The notes below the pieces were generated by a model that ran no database searches, was not told where the DNA came from, and worked only from the letters and a program-made list of their open reading frames with translations. DNA of 64,000 bases, taken from contig JBAZWO010000001.1 in NCBI GenBank assembly GCA_041660305.1, positions 113,909 to 177,908 on the forward strand, read 5' to 3'. Both the position numbers and the translations under genes were made by a program. This stretch comes from Patescibacteria group bacterium. Lineage in GTDB: Bacteria > Patescibacteriota > Patescibacteriia > UBA9570. Below are positions 7,692 through 16,470 of this stretch, piece after piece. Within the stretch, counting starts at the first letter, position 1, and the number at the start of each line of letters is the position of its first letter.

Positions 7692-8972
7692 TTATTTCTT
7701 CGGTTTTCCCTTATCAAGGGTCGCTCTATGCTTAGCAGCGTCCTTGAACAAACGTTCATGCTCTTCGCGCTCCTTGGGAGGAGCGGAGGTATGTCTGTCC
7801 GGATGGTGCTTGAGAGCCATCTTGCGATACGCCTTTTTGATTGTCTCAGCGCTATGCTCGGTGTCCCGAGCATAGCCGAAGAAATCGCAAGCGTCGCACC
7901 AGGCTTGCCAGTCCTTGTCGAACGTGGAAGCCTGTTTCGGATCTTGCCACTTGCCGCCACCATACTGCGCCTGGATCTGCTTGATAAAGGCGTCAATGTC
8001 GCCCCGTACTTGAGCGAGTGACTCGAGCAGTTCAATTACCTCGTCTAGCGACGAGGCATCGTGCACTGCTTTTTCGAGCCGCTCTTTCTCAACAACGAGA
8101 CCGTCCATCAACGCTTCGTTGGCCTTAACCCAGTCCAAAACCTTCTGCTTGCGCATCAGGTCCGGATTCTGAGCCGGCCAATACTGCAGCATCCAGGCGA
8201 TCTGGCCGCCCAGAACGGAGATGAGAAACTGAAAGTTACCCCATTCCTTCTGGAAATCGACCAGTAGAGACCGTGCTTCATTGGCTTCCTCAAGAGAAAG
8301 CCCTGTGGGGTTCGAACTGAACGGCTTGAGCATCTTGAGAAACTGCTCGAAAGCCGCCAGCTGAATTTTTCCACGGAGCCCCTCCGCCTCGGGCACCACC
8401 GCTAACATGATTCTGGCGGTGTCGAGGAGTGTTTCAGCCTGCTGGTGATTAGCCATGTGCATAGCTGAAATAATTTGGTCACGCGAACCGTCCGACAGCC
8501 TACCCCGAAACTCACCGAGCTCGAGGAGGATGCCGATAACCTGGTTGAGACGTACAAACTCCGCCGGGGACTTGGCGCGTATACGATCCACGTTGATCCC
8601 GTAAGCGGAGCAGAACTCCCGGAATGCCTGAACCGGCCCCGGGTGAGTCGCTAAAAGCTGAAAGTACTCACCCGGTATCCACTCCAGCCCCAGCCGCGCG
8701 AACAGAGCATTTGCAGCTCGTTTTTGCAACCGAGGCAGAGCGGGGTGTGCCGTAGGATCAAAACGAGCGAGTCGCGACCGTTTGGGAACCCCGCCGATGC
8801 CGGATCCCGAAACGCGCTGCACCCGCTGCTTGGCCTGCGGCCCGACAGACTGTGGGGTTGAAGGGTCAGGGACCCCCAACCGCCGTCGAAGCCCAATAGG
8901 CAGACGGTGGCCGAGGGCGAGAAGCACACTCAAGAACCTCTTGAGTAGCTCCTCTAGGGCGGACTTAATCAT
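7692..8972 (-). CDS. Helical protein with C-terminal J (DnaJ) domain
   Basis: IKKAYRKMALKHHPDR (HPD motif) at the C-terminus; start moved to ATG 8972 after GGAGG. Confidence 0.85.
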   Translation of the reverse strand: MIKSALEELLKRFLSVLLALGHRLPIGLRRRLGVPDPSTPQSVGPQAKQRVQRVSGSGIGGVPKRSRLARFDPTAHPALPRLQKRAANALFARLGLEWIPGEYFQLLATHPGPVQAFREFCSAYGINVDRIRAKSPAEFVRLNQVIGILLELGEFRGRLSDGSRDQIISAMHMANHQQAETLLDTARIMLAVVPEAEGLRGKIQLAAFEQFLKMLKPFSSNPTGLSLEEANEARSLLVDFQKEWGNFQFLISVLGGQIAWMLQYWPAQNPDLMRKQKVLDWVKANEALMDGLVVEKERLEKAVHDASSLDEVIELLESLAQVRGDIDAFIKQIQAQYGGGKWQDPKQASTFDKDWQAWCDACDFFGYARDTEHSAETIKKAYRKMALKHHPDRHTSAPPKEREEHERLFKDAAKHRATLDKGKPKK

Positions 8973-9280
8973 CGAACCTCCCTTGTGGCCATTCGTTAGC
9001 CACGTTTTTCGTTTTCTAAAATCAAAAAAATTTCCAAAAAAAATCCTCAATTTTCAACGATCAAGCCTGTAACAAAGATATTATCCTTGCCAGGCTAATT
9101 TAAGCGGAGGATATCTCTTCACCCTAACCCCTGGGTTCCCGCCTGCCTCCTTAGACGGAGTACGGCGGGCAGGTACCCCAGTGGGTTAGAAGAGAGCTCT
9201 GCTTAAATCAACCGAGCAAAAAGCACAATACCACCTTATTTTAGGTTATTTATTATAATTTTTGGTAGGTAATGTGGTTC

Positions 9281-9324
9281 ATATAAGAACGAGCCAGAAT
9301 ATCACTTTTTTTTGATTTTGTCAA
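9281..9324 (-). promoter_or_regulatory. Sigma70-type promoter of the J-vWA-MotA-MotB operon
   Basis: TTGACA (9324-9319), 17 nt, TATTCT with extended TG; GTTCTT follows at the same spacing as in the island-1 promoter. Confidence 0.6.
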
Positions 9325-9342
9325 TACCAAATCTGTTTAGCA

Positions 9343-9380
9343 CCATATTATTGTATATTTGTCAATATATACGTGTGTTA
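9343..9380. repeat. 38-bp direct repeat, copy 2
   Basis: 35/38 identical to 3811-3848. Confidence 0.85.
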
Positions 9381-9405
9381 GTTAGCTTGTTATAATAACA
9401 ATATT

Positions 9406-9717
9406 ATGAGTACAAAACAGCTGAATGATATTGTAAAAACCATTACTAAAGAAATACAGCCAGAACAAGTGGTGTTGTTTGGTTCACAAGTATGGGGTAC
9501 TCCTCACATAGGTAGCGATATTGATTTATTAGTAGTAGCCAATACTACTGGTAAAATGGAGTATTTACGTAAAATACGCCAAGTTTTATTTGGCCACAAC
9601 TTTCCGCCGATAGATTTAATCACCTATTCAGCCTCGGAAATTAAGCAGCGTATTACTCAAGGCGATAGTTTTTTGGCAGAAATTATGAACAGAGGCAAAA
9701 TAGTTTATGAACGCTAA
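9406..9717 (+). CDS. Minimal nucleotidyltransferase (MNT)
   Basis: VVLFGSQVWG...SDIDLLVV and PIDLI motifs. Confidence 0.85.
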   Translation: MSTKQLNDIVKTITKEIQPEQVVLFGSQVWGTPHIGSDIDLLVVANTTGKMEYLRKIRQVLFGHNFPPIDLITYSASEIKQRITQGDSFLAEIMNRGKIVYER

Positions 9718-10123
9718 TATTTTGCCGATCATTGTTCAAGAATGGCTAGACAAAGCTAATAATGATGAATTAAACGCTCAATCAATTTTAAAACATAAAG
9801 ACGGCACACCAAGTGGTGTTTGTTTTTTGTCGCAACAAATGGCTGAAAAATATTTGAAAGCTTTTTTAATGTTTCATAAAAAACCATTACAAAAAATCCA
9901 TGCGTTAGATCGGTTATTAGAATCTTGCATTGAAATAAATAATGATTTAAGCACACTGAAAGATGATGTAATTTTTTTAACAGATTTCTATATTTCCACA
10001 CGTTACCCAGCTGATATACCGGATTCATCCTGGAATGACGCTGAACATGCTCTAACGGCCGCTAAGCATGTAAAAGATGTAATAATAAAAACATTAGCAT
10101 TATCAGCGTCATCAGAAATTTAA
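9707..10123 (+). CDS. HEPN domain protein
   Basis: EWLDKA..D, CFLSQQMAEKYLKA, IHAL..L and TRYP motifs; overlaps the MNT. Confidence 0.85.
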   Translation: MNANILPIIVQEWLDKANNDELNAQSILKHKDGTPSGVCFLSQQMAEKYLKAFLMFHKKPLQKIHALDRLLESCIEINNDLSTLKDDVIFLTDFYISTRYPADIPDSSWNDAEHALTAAKHVKDVIIKTLALSASSEI

Positions 10124-10140
10124 TCTGCGTAATCTGTGAT

Positions 10141-10950
10141 TCAGCGTTTCAAATGATCCTGCATGCTCACTGGCTCATCTGGTTTGCCGTCTACCGCGTT
10201 AAAACGATCTAACACTTTATATTGTGGGGGTTCCACTGGTTCCACGATGGTAGAGACGCCCCGGCGGGGCGTCTCTACCTTGTTGGGCAACGTCTCTACC
10301 TTAGGTGTTTCTACAGGGGATTCCTGTGGGAACGCGATATATCGCGTTCTCTTCGCCTCAAATTTTAACAAATAATACGTATAAGACGCTAACAAGCCTA
10401 GCGCGCCAGCGGCTGCTCCATTGAGTGGTATATTTGGTTTTACTGGTCTATTACTAGTAACCGGCCCTTCAATTTGTTTTATGTATACGCTATCTCCCCC
10501 ACCATAATAATCAGAGGAGTTAGTAGTTAACACCTGCGCAACACCGGTAGCAATGCCTTCCGCGTTAGCAGGATTAGTGCCATAACCAAATATTTTAATA
10601 ATACCGGTTTCTGGCACTACTTCGGCGCTTACCAGTTTTTCCCAAGCACTTTTTTTATCATTCGAATCGATACTAAACTGCTCTGGTTTTACCTGGCCAG
10701 TTTCTAATACTCGATTCAAAAAATCTAGTGAAGTAATTACGTTTACCAAGCTGTTTCCCAAGCTAGCGGCCGCCCGTTGCGCTGTGTAGGAATCTACCGT
10801 AGCGCTTTGCTTTTGCACAATTAGTAAATCTACTTCCGATTTATATAATTGATCGGGAATAAACGATAAACCAACGGCAATAGCCGCGCATACTAACGTG
10901 CTGCATGTTATTACTAGCCAGTGTTCTTTAATCAGAAGTAAATAACGCAT
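10141..10950 (-). CDS. Wzz/CpsC-like polysaccharide chain-length determinant
   Basis: Two TMs flanking an extracytoplasmic loop, YKSEVDLLIV and PVKPN..LN motifs; REP-derived tail. Confidence 0.75.
   Translation of the reverse strand: MRYLLLIKEHWLVITCSTLVCAAIAVGLSFIPDQLYKSEVDLLIVQKQSATVDSYTAQRAAASLGNSLVNVITSLDFLNRVLETGQVKPEQFSIDSNDKKSAWEKLVSAEVVPETGIIKIFGYGTNPANAEGIATGVAQVLTTNSSDYYGGGDSVYIKQIEGPVTSNRPVKPNIPLNGAAAGALGLLASYTYYLLKFEAKRTRYIAFPQESPVETPKVETLPNKVETPRRGVSTIVEPVEPPQYKVLDRFNAVDGKPDEPVSMQDHLKR
10250..10278. repeat. GTAG-type REP palindrome inside a CDS (half sites at 10291-10299 and 10306-10314)
   Basis: GTAGAGACGCCCCGGCGGGGCGTCTCTAC. Confidence 0.85.
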
Positions 10951-10958
10951 AAATTTAT

Positions 10959-13900
10959 TTAGCCTTGCAATGTAGCATTTAAAATGTCTTTACCATCGAA
11001 TTCAACTTTATGTGGCAACAAACCTCGTTCTAAGGCGTGTTGAATAACACTAAGGGCTTCTTTAGCAGCCGGATCACCAGCCGAAGCATGCTTAGAAATA
11101 TCTTGAGCTACATCTACCCAACGCTGCGCTTGAGCGAGCAAACCTGAATTGCGTTCAAAGCCAAGTGAAAAATGTAAAAGAGGTTCACCATGATGCCCAG
11201 CTATTTCAGCAACCGGATAATGTGGCTTTAACACTCCGGATATTTTATCCATGGCTCTATGCATGCCTTCTGCTACTGCTTCCTTAATCTGGCCAACACT
11301 ATTGGAAGCACTCACATGAATAGGTTCCACCCCAGCTACTTTGGTAGATATATCAATCTGCGCCATTTTTCCTATTACTTCCTCTTTAAAATAAACACCA
11401 TGTTCATAACGTCCTTTACACGTAGAAAAACTATCTTCGACTTGTTTTAATAATTGTTTAGCCTGCCAGATAGTTTCAGCTGGTGCCCGCTGCGCTTTAT
11501 AATCAGCCAACATATCCTGCATTTGTTTTACTTGTTGTTCTTGAGCAATAATATCTTTAATCGCTCCTACTCTCATTTCTGGCGGAACAAACTTGCCTGA
11601 GAGCGGTTCTCCATAATGGCTTAAATCAACATCATTATATTTTAATCCATTATTATATGGCGCAACAATTTTATCCCAATCTGCCGTGCCTGGTTTTACG
11701 GAAATTACTTCTGCTACACCATCATTATTATGCACGTAAAAATATTCTGGCTGGTGGGTAATTGGATTCGTTACTTGGCGTAACGGTTCATCAAATGGTT
11801 CATAATCGGAAGAAACATATAAATCTGTTTCTAAACCTTCCATGCTTGTACCAGGATTAGTACCTACCGCCGGAAAATGATAATCTACACCATGAAAACG
11901 TTCTGGGTGTTGCAACATATCAGTTTGGGTATGTGCCCACTGTTGCTCAGAAGTTAAAGCCTGCTCAATGCCGTGCGGATTCAGATCAGCACGTGCCCCA
12001 GCTGGTTCTACAGAATTACCAGCCCCATGCCCAACCCCGTGTCCGTGCGGCAAATCCACCGCTGGTGCCTGGTCACCGGCCTCAAACGAATAATGCGCCT
12101 GGCCGTCACTGCCTACATTAGCCACCACTTTATCACCTTCATGCGTTAAATTATACCACTGTCCTTTACTTTTTAATTCCTGCATTGCGTTAGCAAATTC
12201 TTTCTTCACCCAAGCCGATTCGCTTATATCGGAACTTTTATCATAACCTAATTCTTTCGCGTTTTGCCGGATTAAATGCAATAATGATCTTGACTCAAAA
12301 TCCTTACCACTTGTGCCGGTAATTTCATCTTCAATTTTTACCATTGGCGCAGTATGATCTGGAGTCAACGTACCAGCTTCTTGCGCTCGAGATAAATCTT
12401 CCCGAACAGCGGCTGCTGCTCGCTGAATTTGCTCGTTAGTAAATGGCCGATCAATAATTTCCTGACGATCCTTAGCCCATTGTTTTTGAAAATTGGATTC
12501 TGTCTGAGCAGTGGCTCGTTGTGCTAACCATTCATTGAGTTCGTGCATGCCAATGGCACCCAAAGCCGCTCCGGCTACACCGCCAGCTACTTTATAGCCT
12601 AATTTAACATGATCAAATTGTTTTTGTTTTTCATAATGCTCTACAATATGATCATTCTGCTGGGTGGCTAACCCTAAGCTCATTCTAGCATCGTTAACTA
12701 ATAATTCTTCTAACCGTTGCGCTTCAGTTTGTAAACGAACATATTCTATTGAACGCTGGCCTTGTTCATTGGTTTGGGCTTTAACATATTTTGGATTATT
12801 TAATTGTTCACGCACTTGCGCTAATTTTAAGCTTAACTCTTTCGGTGAAGTTACCTTATCAATATCATGTAATTCCTTAGCGGTAATAGCGCTGGCATAC
12901 TCTGCGCCCATAACTGCACTAGCCCGTTTTGTACCAACTTTTTCACCTAACATCATGCCCAGCTTACCACCAGCTAGTGCTCCAGTATATACACGTAATC
13001 CAGGTACATAGCGAGTGGCTATACCAACGCCAGCAAATAAAAATGCTTGGATAGATTTTTCTGTAGTTGTATTTTTTCCAACCCCTAACGTAAGTACATT
13101 AGCTACTCGTTTTACCCAGCTATTATCCAGAGCCTTAGCCATTTTACCTGGCTGATTATGTTGCATATCTGCCTCAAATAAATCGTTACCAGCTTCTACT
13201 AAATATAGTTTTTTTACTGCTTCCGCCATTTGTTCAATAGGCTTAATCATTTTTTCCCAGGCATCTTTCTTGTTTTTATCTGTCGGATTGGCATCGTAAT
13301 CATCTCGAATAGCTTCATAATTAGCTATGCCATAACGCTTGGCTAATTGATCCAATGAGCCACGTTCAATTTGGTTGGCTCGTTGTGATATTAAATGATC
13401 TAAACCAGTTTTAAAAGCACCTTTATCTTTATCCTTCGCTGCAACGTATTGTTTAGTAGTATTTTCTATTGAAACTTCTAATGGCACGGTACCGTCACGT
13501 TTGGTTTTAACTTTTTGTTCCACCGCCACGGCAATTCTGGCTAACACATCGTTAACACATTGTTTATATTTATCGCTATCTGTTTTTTCTAATTCAGAAC
13601 GAATACCTTTTTCTTGTTTTACCGCGCCTTTTTTATCACGAAAATGTTCGTGCAAATTAAATACCATTCTGGCAGCCAACGCACCAGCCGCTCCAACTGC
13701 AAACGCTGGCATAGCTACAGCTAAGGTAGTAGCTGCCAAACCAGCCCCAATACCAACACCGGCTATGGTGCCAATTTTTCCGGCCGTCCGCCAAAAGCTT
13801 TTAGGTACCGCTGTCTGCTGATCGGCTCTAGCCTGTTCATACACCTGCTGATCCTGCATTAAAAACATCAGCTGCGCATCTGTTTCTGCCAAGCCAATAT

Positions 13901-15836
13901 GATCGGCTAAATTTTTTAGTTCAGCCGCATCTAATTTTAATACTGTACCTGCTTTACCAGCATCTTTATTAGCTAAAGCACTAATTAATTTTTCTATGTA
14001 TTTTTTTAAATCTCCGCCTTTAGCCAATTCCGCTTCCAAATTTTTCATTACAGCATACTTGTCCTTAGCTTCGTCACGTTTCGCTGTTTCCATGCGCACT
14101 GTATTTAATAATTCTTTAGTATTCGGTTGATCAGTAAATTTTTTGGCGGCACAGCTAGTTTCAATAGCCGCAATAAACCCATCATGAGCCTTTTTAATGT
14201 CGGCCGGATCTTTCACGTCCACTGTAATTTCCGCACCACCTTCCTCTAATTGATAAGTTACTACCGTTTTATCTTTATCAACATGCAATTTAAATACCGC
14301 TGGTTTATCAGCGTATTTTGCTTTCGTAGTTGGATTTACTGTATAATCACGCGTGAGTGTGTAATTTATTTCCGTATCTTTTTTATCTTCTTTTGCTTTA
14401 CCAAGTGCTAAATATTCTGGTATTTCTTTACCAATTACGCCAACGCCTGGCAAATTCCATTCATCAGCAGCTACTGGACTATCTACTAATTTTTTAGCTT
14501 CGGCTTCTAATGCTGCTTTAGCTGCGGCAGTTTCTAATTTGGCTTTTTTTTCAGTACAGAATTTTTCGGTTTCTTTAACAAATTTATCATTAAATATACT
14601 TTGTAATACACCAGCATCATTGGCTTTTAATTTTTGCGCTTTAGCACTATCCGCTACTTTATATTCCACAGCCGCCGGCTTATTTGGTTCAATCACTATT
14701 TTAAAATAAGCGCCCGTAGAACTATAGGCCCTATCTTTGTATGGTTTAGTTAATGTAATGGTTCTAGATTTTCCTGCACTAACACTTTCAGAAATACTAC
14801 CACTATCCAAATAGTCATCTAATGATAACTTTAAACTTTCATTATTAGCTAAATCGATTTGTTCATCATGAGCGTCGGTTAAATATTTTTCTATGGTACT
14901 AGTTAAATCTGCTTCATCTTTTTCTTGTTTAACTTTTTTATCGGCTTCCGTTTTAATAAAGTTAGTTACTTCACTTTGAAAATTTCTATATTCACGTACC
15001 GCGGCTGCTGGATTAGGTGCTGGTTTAGGACCAACGGTTCTGCCACCATATGCTGTATACTCAATAGTTACTCCATGGTCTGTTACTAACATAGTAAATT
15101 CAGCTGGCACAGCACTTAGTGCTGGCGTTCCTTCGTATGGCTGTATATAATTATAAGCTATGCTATCGCCTATAGAAGCCGCTCCACTAAAATCAGAGCG
15201 TGTTAATTCAGCATGACCTAATTCTGGCAAATCCAACGCCGCAAAAGCTTTCCCACCAATTTCCCAATTTACATCTCCGTCTTTAAAATTGGTAACGTAT
15301 CGCTTATCAAGATCTTTTATCTGTTCTGCCGGTATTCCTTTGCGAGCTACTTCTTGAGCATTAACTACACCAACCATTTTAGCTTGATAAATCCGTTCAG
15401 TTTCCTTAGCTAAATCATCCAGCTGTTTTATTAATTGTTCATTATCAATTGTAAAACCTGTTATTAAAGTCATATCAAGAATATCTCTTAAATCAGATTT
15501 GAAACGTTGTTCGGCTCGTTCAATAACCTTTTGTAATTCTACCAAAGCTGCTTTAGCTGTGTCTTTAGCTAATTCTACATTTTCTTTAGCAGTAATTATT
15601 TTGTCTTCCGTGTCAGCGTCTTTCAATTCTTTACTAGCAGCTTTAAATGCATCACGAGCAGCATTTACATCTTTAACCGCTTGTTCCGCGCGCCCAACAA
15701 AACGTTGCCGTTGTTCGGCTGGATTAATAGCATCACCTGCACTCACTGGAGCACTACCAGCAGCTGAATCTGGTTTTGCTTTTTTCTTTTTCTCGTCTTT
15801 TTTATCTTTTTTTAGATCTTTATCGTGTTTGCCCAT
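10959..15836 (-). CDS. 1625-aa hypothetical protein with three internal domain repeats and Gly/Ala-rich hydrophobic segments
   Basis: Long ORF, no signal peptide, Lys/Asp-rich N-terminus, three similar units at about aa 175-566, GxxxG-type hydrophobic stretches centrally. Confidence 0.85.
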   Translation of the reverse strand: MGKHDKDLKKDKKDEKKKKAKPDSAAGSAPVSAGDAINPAEQRQRFVGRAEQAVKDVNAARDAFKAASKELKDADTEDKIITAKENVELAKDTAKAALVELQKVIERAEQRFKSDLRDILDMTLITGFTIDNEQLIKQLDDLAKETERIYQAKMVGVVNAQEVARKGIPAEQIKDLDKRYVTNFKDGDVNWEIGGKAFAALDLPELGHAELTRSDFSGAASIGDSIAYNYIQPYEGTPALSAVPAEFTMLVTDHGVTIEYTAYGGRTVGPKPAPNPAAAVREYRNFQSEVTNFIKTEADKKVKQEKDEADLTSTIEKYLTDAHDEQIDLANNESLKLSLDDYLDSGSISESVSAGKSRTITLTKPYKDRAYSSTGAYFKIVIEPNKPAAVEYKVADSAKAQKLKANDAGVLQSIFNDKFVKETEKFCTEKKAKLETAAAKAALEAEAKKLVDSPVAADEWNLPGVGVIGKEIPEYLALGKAKEDKKDTEINYTLTRDYTVNPTTKAKYADKPAVFKLHVDKDKTVVTYQLEEGGAEITVDVKDPADIKKAHDGFIAAIETSCAAKKFTDQPNTKELLNTVRMETAKRDEAKDKYAVMKNLEAELAKGGDLKKYIEKLISALANKDAGKAGTVLKLDAAELKNLADHIGLAETDAQLMFLMQDQQVYEQARADQQTAVPKSFWRTAGKIGTIAGVGIGAGLAATTLAVAMPAFAVGAAGALAARMVFNLHEHFRDKKGAVKQEKGIRSELEKTDSDKYKQCVNDVLARIAVAVEQKVKTKRDGTVPLEVSIENTTKQYVAAKDKDKGAFKTGLDHLISQRANQIERGSLDQLAKRYGIANYEAIRDDYDANPTDKNKKDAWEKMIKPIEQMAEAVKKLYLVEAGNDLFEADMQHNQPGKMAKALDNSWVKRVANVLTLGVGKNTTTEKSIQAFLFAGVGIATRYVPGLRVYTGALAGGKLGMMLGEKVGTKRASAVMGAEYASAITAKELHDIDKVTSPKELSLKLAQVREQLNNPKYVKAQTNEQGQRSIEYVRLQTEAQRLEELLVNDARMSLGLATQQNDHIVEHYEKQKQFDHVKLGYKVAGGVAGAALGAIGMHELNEWLAQRATAQTESNFQKQWAKDRQEIIDRPFTNEQIQRAAAAVREDLSRAQEAGTLTPDHTAPMVKIEDEITGTSGKDFESRSLLHLIRQNAKELGYDKSSDISESAWVKKEFANAMQELKSKGQWYNLTHEGDKVVANVGSDGQAHYSFEAGDQAPAVDLPHGHGVGHGAGNSVEPAGARADLNPHGIEQALTSEQQWAHTQTDMLQHPERFHGVDYHFPAVGTNPGTSMEGLETDLYVSSDYEPFDEPLRQVTNPITHQPEYFYVHNNDGVAEVISVKPGTADWDKIVAPYNNGLKYNDVDLSHYGEPLSGKFVPPEMRVGAIKDIIAQEQQVKQMQDMLADYKAQRAPAETIWQAKQLLKQVEDSFSTCKGRYEHGVYFKEEVIGKMAQIDISTKVAGVEPIHVSASNSVGQIKEAVAEGMHRAMDKISGVLKPHYPVAEIAGHHGEPLLHFSLGFERNSGLLAQAQRWVDVAQDISKHASAGDPAAKEALSVIQHALERGLLPHKVEFDGKDILNATLQG

Positions 15837-15841
15837 ACAAG

Positions 15842-16054
15842 TTAGTTGTTATTAATATCTTGTAATATTTGTTGAATTTTTTGGTGATCGATGCGCTGCA
15901 AGGCCTGGTTAATTACGTCTTTTTTTTGCTGTTTAATTACTTTCATTTCTTTAGTAAAATCATGCACAATCTCATTAATACGCTTAATTTTTTCCTCAAT
16001 CTGTGCGGGGGTTAAATCGGTAGCCACTAATTGTTTATTGAAATCATCCCCCAT
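15842..16054 (-). CDS. Small coiled-coil hypothetical protein
   Basis: 70-aa ORF closely spaced between co-oriented genes. Confidence 0.65.
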   Translation of the reverse strand: MGDDFNKQLVATDLTPAQIEEKIKRINEIVHDFTKEMKVIKQQKKDVINQALQRIDHQKIQQILQDINNN

Positions 16055-16090
16055 AAAAAATATAAATGATCAACGATCCTTTTTGTTTAT

Positions 16091-16429
16091 TTATTTTTTA
16101 CCAGTTTCTAAGAAATTTTTAGCTAGTTCATCTAAACCAACTTTTAATTTTTCGGAAAAATTTTCAATATGGCTTTCTAAAAATTGATTAACCGCTGCCT
16201 GATCTGCTTTACTTGGATTTTCTCCTACTAGTTGGTTAAACGCTACTACGTCTTGTTCTGGTAATTCATTTACTACAATCAAGCCAATTCTACGATACAC
16301 TTGGGTTAATAATTGCTCGCGATAAGATAACTGAAAATTCTCTGGTAAATTATTATAGCCGGCTTCTGTTATGAGATAATCCACAAATGATTCTAATGGA
16401 TTAGTTTGTGTAGAAGTAATATTTGACAT
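16091..16429 (-). CDS. Small acidic helical protein (possibly DUF5663-like)
   Basis: 112-aa ORF, GYNNLPENFQ..YREQL pattern; family name is recalled, not verified. Confidence 0.6.
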   Translation of the reverse strand: MSNITSTQTNPLESFVDYLITEAGYNNLPENFQLSYREQLLTQVYRRIGLIVVNELPEQDVVAFNQLVGENPSKADQAAVNQFLESHIENFSEKLKVGLDELAKNFLETGKK

Positions 16430-16470
16430 AAAATATATTTTTTATTTCAATAAATTATTATTATAATACA

